DNA of 64,000 bases, from NCBI RefSeq assembly GCF_009914755.1, contig NC_060930.1; one strand, written 5' to 3'. The notes under the pieces were generated by a model. That model was not told the origin of the DNA. It was given only the letters and a program-made list of their open reading frames with translations, and made no database searches. The position numbers and the translations under genes were made by a program. Below, piece after piece: positions 38,600 through 55,248 of the stretch; position 1 is the stretch's first letter; each line of letters starts with the position of its first letter. The DNA comes from the human T2T-CHM13v2.0 reference genome, Homo sapiens.

Positions 38600-39985
38600 T
38601 CTTCCTTTACCCATTCCTGTGTACAAACATAACTTTGAGTGAGGCCTGCTTGCTTTTTCTTACTCCTCCCAAATGCATTTGCCATCAAACCCTATTGTTT
38701 TTACCTTCAGCTTTACCTTTGGCCTGAATACCTCCAATACCATCCCTGTTGTCATAGCTAGGGCCACATCTCAGTCAGTCTCACTATTGTTAATTCCCTA
38801 AATCTTCTTCCTTCATCCTCTTCTTTAATCCACCCTAGACAACTGAGAATTATAAAATTCCCCAAAACCTCAGGTTGCCTTCTGCTGTGAAATCTTCAGG
38901 TGGCATTTTATTATAAGTGAAGTTACAACCTCAGCCTTGAGGGTATACGTAACTCTTCTCTACTTTTCTCTCCATTATTTCCCTGCTATCTTAAACTATA
39001 TTTCACCAAATTGTTCTTCCAGATTCTTTAGACTTGCTTTGAAAGTTTCCTTTTCTTGTCTTTGCTTTTACCATCCCTTCTGCATGGAGTTTTCTCCCTC
39101 TTCTCTCTGCTTCTAAATGTTATAACTATTATCCTGGTCTCCTTGCAGTCGTTTTTCTTACCCTCTTAGAGGTTTTCTAAAACAGCCATATAGCCATCTG
39201 TGATAATTCCCTTTCCTGGAGCATGCATAGTTTCTATTTGGTACTTATTATATGCTGTGTTCTACTGTCATTATATATATGTTTATATATGTGTTCGTGT
39301 GCATATGTATAACCTTTTCCCCCAAATATCATAAGTAGGTTCAATTCAAAGCACTTTACTTAGAACTGAAAAGATAAAGCAAATTTAAGAAACACTGCCT
39401 TTAGGATGTATAAAATCTTGTAAGTGAGATAACAGCAAATGACTTCTAATAGAGGGTAGAGTAAGATAAGAGCCCTATATAGCAAATACATATATGTTAA
39501 TTGTTGGACTAATGCTATCTCTCCCACTAGATGGCATCCTTTTTAGAGTAGAGATAGTTTCTCTTTAACTACAGTTTTTATATTTCCAGCACTTAGTTTC
39601 TGGAGGTATTGAGTTCTCTGTAGTTGGAGGTCTTCATGCAGGTATAAATACTGGGAGATGTCCTAAGTATTGCTGAGGGGACTAAAACACTGGCTAGTGG
39701 TCTAGATGGGAGTATGAAGTACAAATGATCTGTGTGAAACTGTGTGAGTTCTTTGTGAGATAAGTACTCTACAGGATACCTTATGGTTCTTTACCGAGAG
39801 GAAACACAATGTATCAGAGAATTTGTAGAGACAGAAAAGTGGATGCAATTCTCAGTTTCAAGCTTCAGTTTCTTTACCTACTAAAATAGTAAAATCTAAA
39901 ACTAGTTGATAGTATTATCCTGAGATTAAGTGAGTTAATACACAGTGACTGGAACCTAGGAGGTATTCAAAAGTGTTAGTTTTAA
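38600..39985. mobile_element. Cluster of very old L2, CR1/L3-like and MIR fragments
   Basis: Pyrimidine-rich L2-like tract 38600-39280; gagttctctgtagttggaggtcttcatgcagg is CR1/L3-like; MIR-like 39860-39985. Confidence 0.45.
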
Positions 39986-40799
39986 TTTATTCTCTTTTAA
40001 CATATTATCCACTGGTAGAGCTGATAATGCTTAATATTTTGTCCTATGGGAGTTTTTGTTGAAATATTATTTTTGATTTTCCAAATCTACTTCAATCATG
40101 AAGATGGATCTGTAAAATGTAAATTTACTCGTCTTAGCAGAAGGTCAATGAAAAAAAGCTTTAAAATATTTAAAGTCTGGGTTACGATGTGTAACAAACT
40201 AAAATTCAAAATTTTTTAAGACTCAGCTAACACTAATGATGGGTTTAAACAGCATTCTCAATTACAGTAAGCTGTTTCTTGTCAGGCCAGCTGCAAGGAG
40301 TGGATTTGATTACTTAAATACATTCCATGTGGTCAGAAATTTAATGCTGAGGCTCAGCAGGGGAGAAAGAAGTCTGAAGAGTGAATTGACTCATAGAGGG
40401 ATTTATAATAAAAGGAAGCTTTACTAAGAAATTTTATCTGAAAGTTAAGAACTCCTTTGAGATTTTCACCATCAACTCAACATGGTGCTATTATTTTGTT
40501 ATTGAAACACTTAAACTTTTGTTTTTCTTACCCCTTGCAGAGGAATCAATAGTCTAAAATTAGAGCAGAGAGTAGCAGCTCTTGAGTGCTAATCTGGGTT
40601 GGGCACTAAGGATTTCAAAGATTGCAGCCAGCAGCCTATCAGTCACGTATTAAACCTTACTCATTAAATTGTTTTTAGAAACAAAAATAATGAAAATATA
40701 ATACAAGACAGGTTTTCATAAAATATGCTATTAACAGTTTTTCAAAAATATATCTATATACTTTTTACTATTATCAATAGTATGTTCTCCTAGATACGT

Positions 40800-41740
<941 letters not shown>

Positions 41741-41844
41741 AAAATAGATTATTAATATCTATGACTTCAAAGGGTCCATAACTTATCACAAGCAAAAATT
41801 AAGGAATATTATATATGATAAAATTTTATGTAATAGTTACCTTT

Positions 41845-42030
41845 TATTAACAACAATATTCTAGGTATTTATGCATGCTTATAAGTGCTTATGAATATTT
41901 ATTTTTAATCTTCAATAGAGTCTTGAGAGGCTGAAACGATTATTCCCATTATATAGAAGAGATCCAAACCTCAAAGTGTTTGTAAAATTACACAGGTAGT
42001 GTCACAGTTAGAATTCAGACCTTGAGGTGC
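41845..42030 (-). mobile_element. MIR
   Basis: attattcccattatatagaagagatccaaacctcaaag...acacaggtagt...agaattcagacc. Confidence 0.6.
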
Positions 42031-42054
42031 TGCTGTCTGTTTTGAAATGCCACA

Positions 42055-42942
42055 TCCTGTCCACCCAGTGACACTCAGGAATCTCAAACTGAACCTTCAA
42101 CTTCCCTCGTGATATATTCATTTCAACAAACAGTGTCTCAATTTAACCCAGTCGTTCAGTCTAATCACCTTTACTTCATAAACACATTCCTTTACTCCTC
42201 TCTCTTTCACACATCCACGTATTTTCCATCATCAAATCTTAACAGATGATTTTTGCAGTACACTTAGAATTGAACCTCCTCTCATCCCCTCCATCATCCT
42301 GTCATGGGGTGGGTGGGGGGGCAATGCAACCAGTTAACAGTCTCCTTGTTTCCACTTTTGTGCCTACCTCCACCCGCATGTTCTATTATCCATGATGTAG
42401 GCAGATTAAACCTTTCAAAACATAAATCTAATCATGCCACTTTCCTCCTCTGCACGCTCCAACAGCACCATGAATTGGCCTGTCCACTGCCCCAATGTTA
42501 TTTGCTACCTCTCCCTCACACATTCTGCTCCAGCTTTAATGTCCTCCTTGCTGATCCCCAAATATTTCAAACAGGTTCCACTTCAGGGCATTTATGCTTG
42601 CAGTTTCCTCTACCAGGGATATTGTTTACAGAAGCAGCCAATTGGCCAAGACCCTCAATTCATTTAAGCATTTGCTCAAACGTCTCCACTTCAGAGAGAC
42701 CTTCCCTAACTGCCCATTTTCTGGAAGTGGACTCTCCTCACCTCTCTCCGGAGCACTTATCTCTACCTCATTAATTTTTATTCATTTGTTTACATATGTT
42801 TATTTTCTGTCTCTTCCCACTAAAATATAAGCTTTATGAAAGCAGACATTTGGTTTGATTTGTTCACAGATATGTCTCCAGGACCTTCAGAACACACCTA
42901 AAATAAGATGGAGGCTCAGTGAGTGACTGATTGAATAAATAA
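42055..42942 (+). mobile_element. L2a 3' portion
   Basis: ccacttcagggcatttatgcttgcagtttcctctacc, cttcccactaaaatataagctttatgaaagcagac, and tail ggctcagtgagtgactgattgaataaata. Confidence 0.8.
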
Positions 42943-43992
42943 AAGCAAGTGGGTACTTTAAAATCTAAATAATAATTTCAGATTACCTAATATTTAATAT
43001 TTTACTATTTTCTGTTATCTTTTCTAAGGAACATACTCACCTCTTAAATTTTCCCATTTAGAATATAACCCTTTTCACCCACATTTCCATAAACTCTTTA
43101 TGCTTTTGTTGATTACTCTTGACTCATATTCTACTGATGTATTCACTATAAATTGGAACACACGAGAGGCTACAATTGTTTTGCCAGTCTTCTCTTTCAC
43201 AGTCCCAAACATGCTGAGTAAATTCTTCTATTAATAACAATGCTAACTACTATTACCTGAAAAGTTTTTCTCTCTTCTTAATTTTTAAAAACTGATCTGT
43301 TTAAGCCTCTATTTGGAGGACAAAAACACCATAGTGACAACGTACATAAAGATTGTTGAGCTACACAGTTCCCCAAAGATAAAAAGTGATCCTACCACCC
43401 TTGTTGTGGATTTTTAATTCATTTAAACAAGTCCTTATTTTTCACATACTATGTCTCTGGCAAGAAATGGCAGAACCAGGGCTAGTCCCTGAGTTTTTTT
43501 TGAACCTTGTGGGTTTGTTTGCAGAGTAGAATATGATTTCTGTTTCTGGTTTTGCAATTTTAAGATTGTCTAAGGTTTTAAATATTGATAGTTGATGTAG
43601 TGAAGATACTTAGATGAACACATTTCACCTGTTCAAGTAGAAGTGGATTTTTACACTTAGTAACATTATTCCTAAAAGGAATACATGCTAAAAATTAATA
43701 TACTCTTAGGAATAGCTATAAACTATGTTTACTTTATTTTATAGTTAAATTTTGATTATTAACCAGTCCATATGTTTTGAGTGCCCAGTATGTGACAGTA
43801 ACTATATTTGAAGAGTTTACATTTAAATGAGCAATAATTTACATAAGACATTGAAGAGGACAGCATGTTTATGGATAGTTGAATGAAACAAATACCTAGA
43901 TCAGGAGATGGACATGCTGGAGAGGTTAAAGGCAAAATAAATCATTTTCATAGTACAATGATCTGGCTTGCATCAGTTAAATTTAATATTTA

Positions 43993-46621
<2,629 letters not shown>

Positions 46622-47343
46622 CATTTACAGAAGACTTCCTATTGTTACACTATTAGTAAATTTTCCCTTTTTACATATTTCACAATCTAGTCGGAGAAAT
46701 GGACACAAGGACCACAATGTAATTAGTGGAATACTGACAATCAGAACTAAAGGTTAAAAGATGTTTAGATACATAAGATGACCAAAAGATACAGTAGATA
46801 GGAAGGGAGGGGGATGCTTGGAAACACTGCATTTTGTCTATTCATTGTATATTTTTTTGAATTTTTTATGCCAATCCACATCTTTAATATGGTGAAAGAA
46901 AGAGTCAGGATATATAAATGAAAGACCAGCCACACGGTCTTACAATACTCCCAAAGTTTATAATATAATCATATTATATTTGTTAAATATTTCTGAGTTT
47001 TATGCTAATCTTTGTCAAGTTCCAGAAATCTCTGAATACATGGCAATTCACCTTTTGTTTATAATTATTTCTCATTTGAAATCTGATCAAACTTCCTAAG
47101 GATAAGTTTGGTTCTTAAAATACAAGCTCTTTAACTAGCACTAACAGTGATGACACCTGTAAAATGAAACCTTTTCTCAAAATGCTCTCATTTAAATGCA
47201 CTGCTTAAATTCTGTTGTAAATGACATTCGTTTCTGCAACAAACATTACCTGCTATATTCACGGTATATGAACAGTTTGAGACGTAGCTTGTTAACTAAT
47301 CAATTTAACTCATCCTTACAACTTATTTCTTAAGAGTACTTAC

Positions 47344-47542
47344 ATATTCTTCATAAGCTTCATGGGCTGGAGGAGGAGGTGCCCTGTATCCTGGCACTGT
47401 TGGTGCCCCCCGGGCTCGAGGGGTAGGGACACCTCTTGCTACAGGTGGCACTGGAAGCGCTCCACGGGTTACAGTGCTTCCCCGAGGGGTGAGAACACCT
47501 CGTCCAGGTGGTGGGGGAGGAGGAATGGCACCCCCACGGCCC
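47344..47542 (-). CDS. KHDRBS2: KHDRBS2 (SLM-1) internal coding exon (probably exon 6), proline/RG-rich region and start of the Tyr-rich tail
   Basis: Reverse complement reads gtttctcttag|GGGCCGTGGG...GAAGAATAT|gtaagt. It joins the previous exon in frame (AG+G = Arg) and gives GRGGAIPPPPPPGRGVLTPRGSTVTRGALPVPPVARGVPTPRARGAPTVPGYRAPPPPAHEAYEEY. 199 nt, phase 2 to phase 0; GC-rich against an AT-rich background. Confidence 0.97.
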
Positions 47543-47652
47543 CTAAGAGAAACAAGTCATGTATAGATGAGAAACAGGTGATGAGAGAAAAGGGCCTATC
47601 ACAGAAAAAGTTTTCATCTCACAGCCTCCATACAATGAAATAAATACAAATT

Positions 47653-47683
<31 letters not shown>
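47653..47683. repeat. (CT)n(GT)n microsatellite
   Basis: Directly visible, about 110 nt upstream of the exon 6 acceptor in transcript sense. Confidence 0.9.
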
Positions 47684-49399
47684 ATGCATTTAATAGAAAT
47701 TATATAAGATATAAAGTGTGTTGATATCTATAGAAGACAATAATTGTAAACACTGACTATGATTAGTTCTTATAAAAACCATGTAAAATACTTTGTTATT
47801 GTCTTTTATATAACTAAAAACCCAAAGCCAGAAAAAAAAAAAAAACCCAAACAAAAACCCACTCTGAATATAACCCCATTAAATTCCAAATTCTCGAAGA
47901 AGACACAAATCAGAGCATCGTCTGATATATGACTCACTGGACCATCTCTGAAACTGAGCGGTTTCAGATGTCTGCATCTCCTTTATGCTGGGGATTACAG
48001 ATAGTGATGGACAATGCTGTCATTTACCAAAAAAAAAGGTGGCTGCACTTAAATAAAATGTGGGAATCTAACCATAGTGATATCATTCTGTTTACTATAG
48101 CTGCTTAAGTTTGAGATTACTTGAAATCACAACTCTTTGTCACTGATTTATCATCATGCCTGTAACCCCCTGAACTGGTGCAGTCCCTGACAGAATATAT
48201 TTTCTTAACCATAACTATGGTGTTAGAGGAATACTTTAGTATCTGTAATAAAAATAACAGACTGAATACTCTGTATTGCAGTTCTTGATACAAAATTGAC
48301 TTGCACTAAAAGTGTAAGATCAAATGGTTGTGGCCAATTTTTATGGCATTTTGAAGCCTTTAGAATGGTTGAGTGTTTGTCTGAAGTCTTTGGGCAAAAG
48401 AACAGTTATTTCACTTTTTATTTTGTCTGAAAGGTTGGCCTCTAGATAGCACTGCTTTCAGTGGGAACACTAAAGCTTTGGGGAAAAAAATGATGATCAT
48501 TGAGATGTCAACAATCACAGTATTTGGCTGTAGGCACATATGGGGACATAGGTTATGCTGTCTGCTATGAATAGCAGTCAGATGGCTCTTTCTTGCTTAA
48601 AATAAAAGTGAGCATTTATAAGTGAAGGGTACGAATGCTGGCAAAACCTTTAAAATTTTTAAATAGATTACAGAGCTGATGAATAGAGAAATGATGAGAG
48701 AATTTATTGTGAGTCTAATGTATAAAGAATACTCTCCTAGATTGGGAGAAGGTGAAACACAAAGACCCAGAGGCCCAGTGCTGGCTGCAAGTACAACATG
48801 GCTAAGAATACAGTATTCTGTATTACCATGATAATACATAAAGGGATGTAAAAACCAATTTTGCCTTCACTGCTCCTCCAAGCACATTTCTGTTTCCTCA
48901 TAAGCAAGATGAGCATATGTCCAGGTTTTATAACTGTTGTCCTAGCTTCCTGTTCAGTTTAGCATTTTAACACTCTCAAAAATATCCATGTGTGGGCAAT
49001 AAATTATATGGTCACCCTACTCTATTCACGAGCCTTCGCTATACCCTTGAATAGTCATGGGTAAGTATTATAACTACCTAGGCTTAAGATAGATATTTTT
49101 TTTTCTAATGAGTAAAATGCAGATTTCTAAATTTATAGTACTTCCTTCTGCTCTAATATTATATGATGCTCATATCAAATCTAATTTTCCATTTTCTTCC
49201 TTCATCAACTGACTACCAGACACAGCCCTAGCAAACCTGCCTCCTGAACCTGACTCATTACCTCTTATCCACTATGTTCTTTCCCTGGAATATTAACCTC
49301 ATTGTTCTCTCCTCCAATTTAATTCAAATCACTTTTTTTAGGATACTGCCCCTGGCTAAAACCACACCACAGTATCCTGTCGTTTATTTGTCTGACTTG

Positions 49400-50414
49400 C
49401 TGAAAGAATATTTTCTGTTTAATTCTTTACTTCCTCTACATTCCTGAACTGAATGTTATCAGTCTAGTTCTTGCTTTCACCCCTCTGTTGAAAATGCTCT
49501 TGGCTGAGATCACCAGTAGCCTACTGATTTCCAAATCCACTAGATTTCTTTACAGTCTCCATGCCACAGCACCTTTCTACTATTTTTAAGATTGTGGACT
49601 ATTATCTGGAAAATGTTTCTTTGGACTTTTATGACTCTGCTTTTCTCTACTTTTCCTCATTCCTCCTTATTCGTTATCCTCCTTCACTGGCTTGTATTCC
49701 TGGACCCACTTTGGAATCTGGATGTCCCCAGTTTCTATCCTCGATCTCATGGTTGCACCCTGCAATCCCTACCTCTGATGATGGCTATAATCTGTTTTCT
49801 TCCTAACATAATGCCATATCTTGGCTTGTGTTCCTTATATCAGAAGTTTCTTAACTTGCCTGCATGTTAAAGTTACTTGAGGATCTTTTGAAAATTCCAA
49901 ATTCCAGGCCATACCCTAGGCCAATTAAACCACAATCTCTGGAGACAGGGAGCTCCCAGTGATTCCAAAATACAGGCCAATTTGGGAACCACTGCCTTAA
50001 ATGAATACTCCAATTTAAGCATCTTGACAAGCTTGTCATGTGGGCAGTTCTAAGTTTTTTAAAAATACATTGAGATATTAAGGCATGGAGAGAACAAGTC
50101 ACCTGCCCAAGGTCACACCAGCAATCCACAGAGCTCAGATTATTTACAAGAATAATTATATTCTTCATTTAATTTGATCCTTCACCTACTCTTAGTTAAT
50201 GATATCATCAATTTCTCACCAGGCTAGACACCAAAAATTTATCTTTCTCTTGGGGAACTCTTCTTCTCCAACGTTTAATTGGCATTAATTCATATAAATG
50301 TTAATCTCTAATCTGGCCCTATCCCTGTCTATTCCAAATGCTGCTCATTTTTATCTGCCTTGGATGATGGAATTGTTTTCTCATTGGCTCCCCTGCCATA
50401 AGACGGTTTCTCTG

Positions 50415-50446
<32 letters not shown>

Positions 50447-50600
50447 AATCACTGTAACTCTTCTGCATCAACCACAGTGATAATTGAGTAGTCTTTCGCA
50501 TAAACAAATATGACTACTCTCCTCTTTAACAAACTCTATTAGTTCTATGTATTCGTTCTCAACGTGGTAAACAAAAGCCTTCAAAATTTACCCCGATGTT
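49400..50600 (+). mobile_element. Degenerate L2 interrupted by MER5, a MIR fragment and (CT)n (50408-50446)
   Basis: gaaaatgctcttggctgagatcaccagtagcctactgatttccaaatcca...cagcaccttt is L2 ORF2-like. Confidence 0.6.
49841..49994. mobile_element. MER5-family hAT MITE
   Basis: Terminal inverted repeats cagaagtttcttaa / ttgggaaccactg; 8-bp TSD ccttatat/ccttaaat. Confidence 0.85.
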
Positions 50601-53600
50601 TCGTTTTTCAGTGACTGCACTCACTGCAACATATAGTGGTGATGTGTGTTAGAGATGTCATATATTTTCATTCATCAATTATGCAAAATAAATTATTATT
50701 GCAATATATAGATGTAATGCTTTGTTCTCTGGTATACATTATTATTGGAAAATTAGAGTTATCATAGATAGGATTATTGAAATGTAAATTGTTTTAATTA
50801 AATACATTTTCAACAAATTATAGAGCTTAAAATATTCTAGACATCATCTTTTTGAATATAAGTGTAATTAAATAACTTCATAAAGTAATAATTTCATAAC
50901 AATTCAAATTAGGAATTGTTAACTCATGTTATGCAAAGTTCTCTTATTAATAAGATTTTCTATTTTGTAAAGCTATTTTCTTTTTTTTTGTGGGCATTTG
51001 GTATGACCAATCTTTAATTTTCAAGCAATAACAAATATATAGTATCGAGCACTTACTAAATATCCGATACAGTTGTAAATGTCTTTACATGTAATACATT
51101 TAATGTTTTATTGTAAGTCTCTAAGTGATTATTGTATTAATTAAATTGTAACATATAATTACATAACATATCCAAGGTCAACATTTTAACTTATTGTTTA
51201 TCTCATTCATTATGAGATACACAATTATTTTATCTTAACACTATGAGAGAAAACACTGAGTTAAATTATGACTATGCCATGTATGTCAAGAAGACAATCA
51301 CTTTGAGATGTCAAAATGTGAAAAACATGAATCCTTAAATTGATGAAATATAATAACATCTAGTAAGTGGGAGAACTAGGATTTAGAACCCAGGCATTCT
51401 CTTTCTAGAGATTTTCTGCTTATTCATTCTACTATACTTTCATGCACAAAAGGGTTCAATCGATAAGAATTTACTTATTAAAAAATGCACAAGGTCAACA
51501 CATATACCAACTATCATACTTACTTAATACTTTTAAGGGAGGTATTTAGGAGCAATAGGGAGGTGAAAAAATTGAGATGAAATGGAATTATGTGAAACAA
51601 TATCTAACTCTTTTCTTGATTGAAAATTATTGGGTAATTAATGAATGCAGACACTTGATATGCATGAAATCAATATTTGTAGAGGGAATGATCAATTAGT
51701 TGTGACAAACCAAACTAACATAAAATGTTCATAAATCCCTTTTTACTTTCAGTTATTATTTTCTTTTATAACATTGATTTGTAAGGGAGAAAACATAACT
51801 TCTTACTAGATGTCCAAAAACAAAAGAAAACAAAACAAGAGCAAAGACCTTAAACATTCTTTCCCAAATTAAGGTTAGCATTCTAGTAATAAGAGTATTT
51901 CTACAATGTAATAATGTTCCTATTTACATATTCCATACTTTATATTGTATCAGAGATATTTCTCTTGAAATTTAAAAGGAAAAGAATATCTCTTATTCAT
52001 TTTAAATTGTAGATACAGTTCAACATATTGTTTGAAACAGAAGACAACAAAATTCTGTTTCATTTCCTTTCGTTAATGCTAGCACCACTAATGATATCAG
52101 TACAGCATTGGAAGTGAAATTTAATTTTTAATGCTAATTTTCTTTTCTTTTTATGTATATAGTATCAGATCTGTATGTTATATGGGATTAAATAGTGAAA
52201 TCTTTCAATCAAATTTTTCTTCTAAGAAGATATATTAAAATCCAGGCCATAAAGCACTATCCTGTTTTCAATTATTTAAATGGATTAAAATCTTAGAATA
52301 AGGTTTCTCTGAAATTAAAATCTTATATGGTCCACTCAAAAATGCCAGATGCAAAATTCTACTAACGGATATCCATAACAAAGCAAAATCTATTACTATG
52401 ATGATTTCATAAAATCAAATGCAGATAAATTCATTGTTTTAAGGCCCCCCCCCGCATTTTAAGGCATACAAAATAGAAAAGTGTGTGCCCTCTCTAGGCA
52501 TCCTAAATTTATACTTACGTTCAACCACATAAAGCTGTAAAATTGGCATTTGTTGAACTACAAAAGTTGCAATTTCATATGATTCAACTTATGATTAAAT
52601 CCATTAAAGATGACTAGCAATGATGTCTTTTTTACCTCATCAAGATGAGATTAGAAATGTACACGGTTTTACAAAACAACCCATAAAAAAGTACAGTATT
52701 GTATTATGTCACATTAATTCTTAGCATAAACAAATGATCTTGAACAGCATTAGAGAGCTTATTTTTGATTTTTTAAAGATAAAATATAAATAAGCTCTAG
52801 AACACATTCAGAAGTTTTGCTTTTAGTGAAATAGAATTTCCAGAATTACCCCATTTTACCTCTAGTAAATAATATTCCTTGATATTTTATTTGAGAATTT
52901 ATCTTTCTTAACTTTTTTTTCTGACCGGTGAGAAACATTTTGAGATATTTTTGATTTAAGTGTTACAAACAGTGGCTATGTTGATAGTGGTGGTTGAAAG
53001 TATTTGAGGTATAATTTAAGTAAACAAACTGAATCTGAAAAGTATCTTAGCATATCTTAAGATAATTTTATGTAATATATGAAATAATATTTAGATCTCT
53101 GTCCTTTAGAGATTTAAAAGCCAATTATAACAAGATGAAGAGAATGATTAAATCACATAGTTGTTCTCTGAAGGCTATGAGTATTTTTTATATTAACTCT
53201 TTTCAAACCAATGCCTTCTATTAAAAGCTTAAACAATTCAGAATCCTGCAAAACAAATTCTAATACAAAAAGATAGCAATTTCTTTGCAAAGTAAGCAAA
53301 ATCAAATAAAATCCTCTCTGATCACCAAGAAGAGCTACAAATACCCTCTGAACTTTAAATATCCTTACCATCAGCCATGCAAGAAGTGTTCTGGCTTTCT
53401 GGGCTGATGGCATATATGTTATCTGTATCTATCTCTGTATCTCTATCTATCTACTTCCTTATCTGGGAAGACTATATCAATTCAAGAACCATTTAAAGCA
53501 CAGAAAAAGTTTATAGTTTTCTCTTCATACAAGGGTATCTTGGTTTGAAGAGGTGAATAGTTGTATCATGCGTGTGTTCTAATCCTGAGGATAGAACAGT

Positions 53601-53639
53601 AAAGTAGAAAATCTCTGGTTTGCTGCCTTATTTTCTAGA

Positions 53640-53830
53640 GGTAGTTGTTAAAAGTATAAAATGTGAATTCTGGAGTCAGACTGTCTACGTGACCCCAGGT
53701 AAATTTCATACACCTTTCTCTACTTCAATTCTCACCTGCAGATGCTATTTATCTCCTAGTATGGAGGATTTGGTGACTTAACATGTGTAAAGCTCTTCTG
53801 TGCCTGATAAGCTTTCATCGTTATTGTTTT
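53640..53830 (+). mobile_element. MIR
   Basis: tgaattctggagtcagactg...cttcaattctcacctgcagatg...catgtgtaaagctctt. Confidence 0.6.
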
Positions 53831-53952
53831 TGCTGTGGTGGTAGTGATTGTGGCTGATGTTGTTGTTTACTGCTAGTGATAATCATGACATAAAGCAGGA
53901 CAAAAAAGGCCTGCCATCATCCTTAATTTATTTAAAGTAAGAATGAATGTAC

Positions 53953-54080
53953 CTTGAAGGAGCTGTGGGAGCTATTCTGATCCCTCTGCCTCTAATACCT
54001 CTGCCACGACCAGAGTCCTCTGAGCCATTTAAGTAAGATAATTCACGTAGTTGTTCCTGACGAATTTCATCATTGTAGTC
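53953..54080 (-). CDS. KHDRBS2: KHDRBS2 (SLM-1) internal coding exon (probably exon 5), QUA2 / RG-rich region
   Basis: Reverse complement reads ttttttctccag|GACTACAATGAT...CCTTCAAG|gtacat. It translates DYNDEIRQEQLRELSYLNGSEDSGRGRGIRGRGIRIAPTAPS(R), matching SLM-1 as I recall it. 128 nt, phase 0 to phase 2; branch-point-like tttaac about 26 nt upstream of the AG. Confidence 0.97.
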
Positions 54081-54647
54081 CTGGAGAAAAAACATGATGT
54101 GATGAGTTAAAAATGGGACATGCCGTTCTCAGAGTTGGAAAAAAAAAAAAAAGAAACAAAACAAAACGCAATAGGAAATAATTTTTTTCATTTGTTTCCT
54201 GGAACTTTATATGCAAAAATATAAAATGATATTAAAAAGTGTATATACTTTAAATTCCTATTTTTATATAGAGAAATTGAAATTGCTTCTTTTATCAAGA
54301 AAGTACTCAGCAGGACATCACATTAGATTTGCTGAGATATCACATGATGTGTTAGCTGGAAAAAGGAAGATAGCAACATAAAATGAGAACTTGGAATGTG
54401 CTAAAGTTATGATTGTTAATATGACGATTACTACAAAATAACTTCATTTGAATGAATGTGTGTAGAATATGGATGACTACATGATATTCAAATAGCTTCT
54501 GATGCATAAACAAAAAAGAGCAATCCCAAGGGCTCAGAGTAGATACTGAGCATGTATTACAACCATAAAGAAGTATGATAGTATGTCCCTGCTTCAGACA
54601 ACAAGCAGCTGCAGAATCCAACTAAACAGTTTGATGTGAAATATTTA

Positions 54648-55040
<393 letters not shown>

Positions 55041-55216
55041 TAAATTTCACAATAACAACCAGAGATTCAGTCAAAGTCAAAGGGACTTTTCCTTTATCAG
55101 GGTGGAAATACACCAGCCAATTCAAGAGGACCCAAGAGTGGAGCTGAATCATTACAGGTAAATGCTACCTTCAAAAAACAAGTGCCAGTATCACCTGTTT
55201 CTCTTTTTACTAATCA

Positions 55217-55248
55217 ACACACACACACACACACACACTCTCACACAC
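55217..55248. repeat. (CA)n microsatellite
   Basis: Directly visible. Confidence 0.9.

Larger units (their letters stand above)
47543..53952 (-). other. KHDRBS2: KHDRBS2 intron between the two exons (6410 nt, GT-AG)
   Basis: Bounded by donor gtacat (53952) and acceptor cttag (47543); reading frame is preserved on splicing. Confidence 0.95.

Noticed and set aside
42304-42774. 156-aa plus-strand ORF
   Set aside because: Lies wholly within degenerate L2a sequence and resembles no protein I recognise.
47362-47643. 93-aa plus-strand ORF overlapping exon 6
   Set aside because: Antisense shadow of a GC-rich exon with few stop codons; no promoter or other support.
51025-51430. Possible Tigger-type fragment inserted in a MIR
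   Set aside because: Too degenerate to assign without an HMM search.
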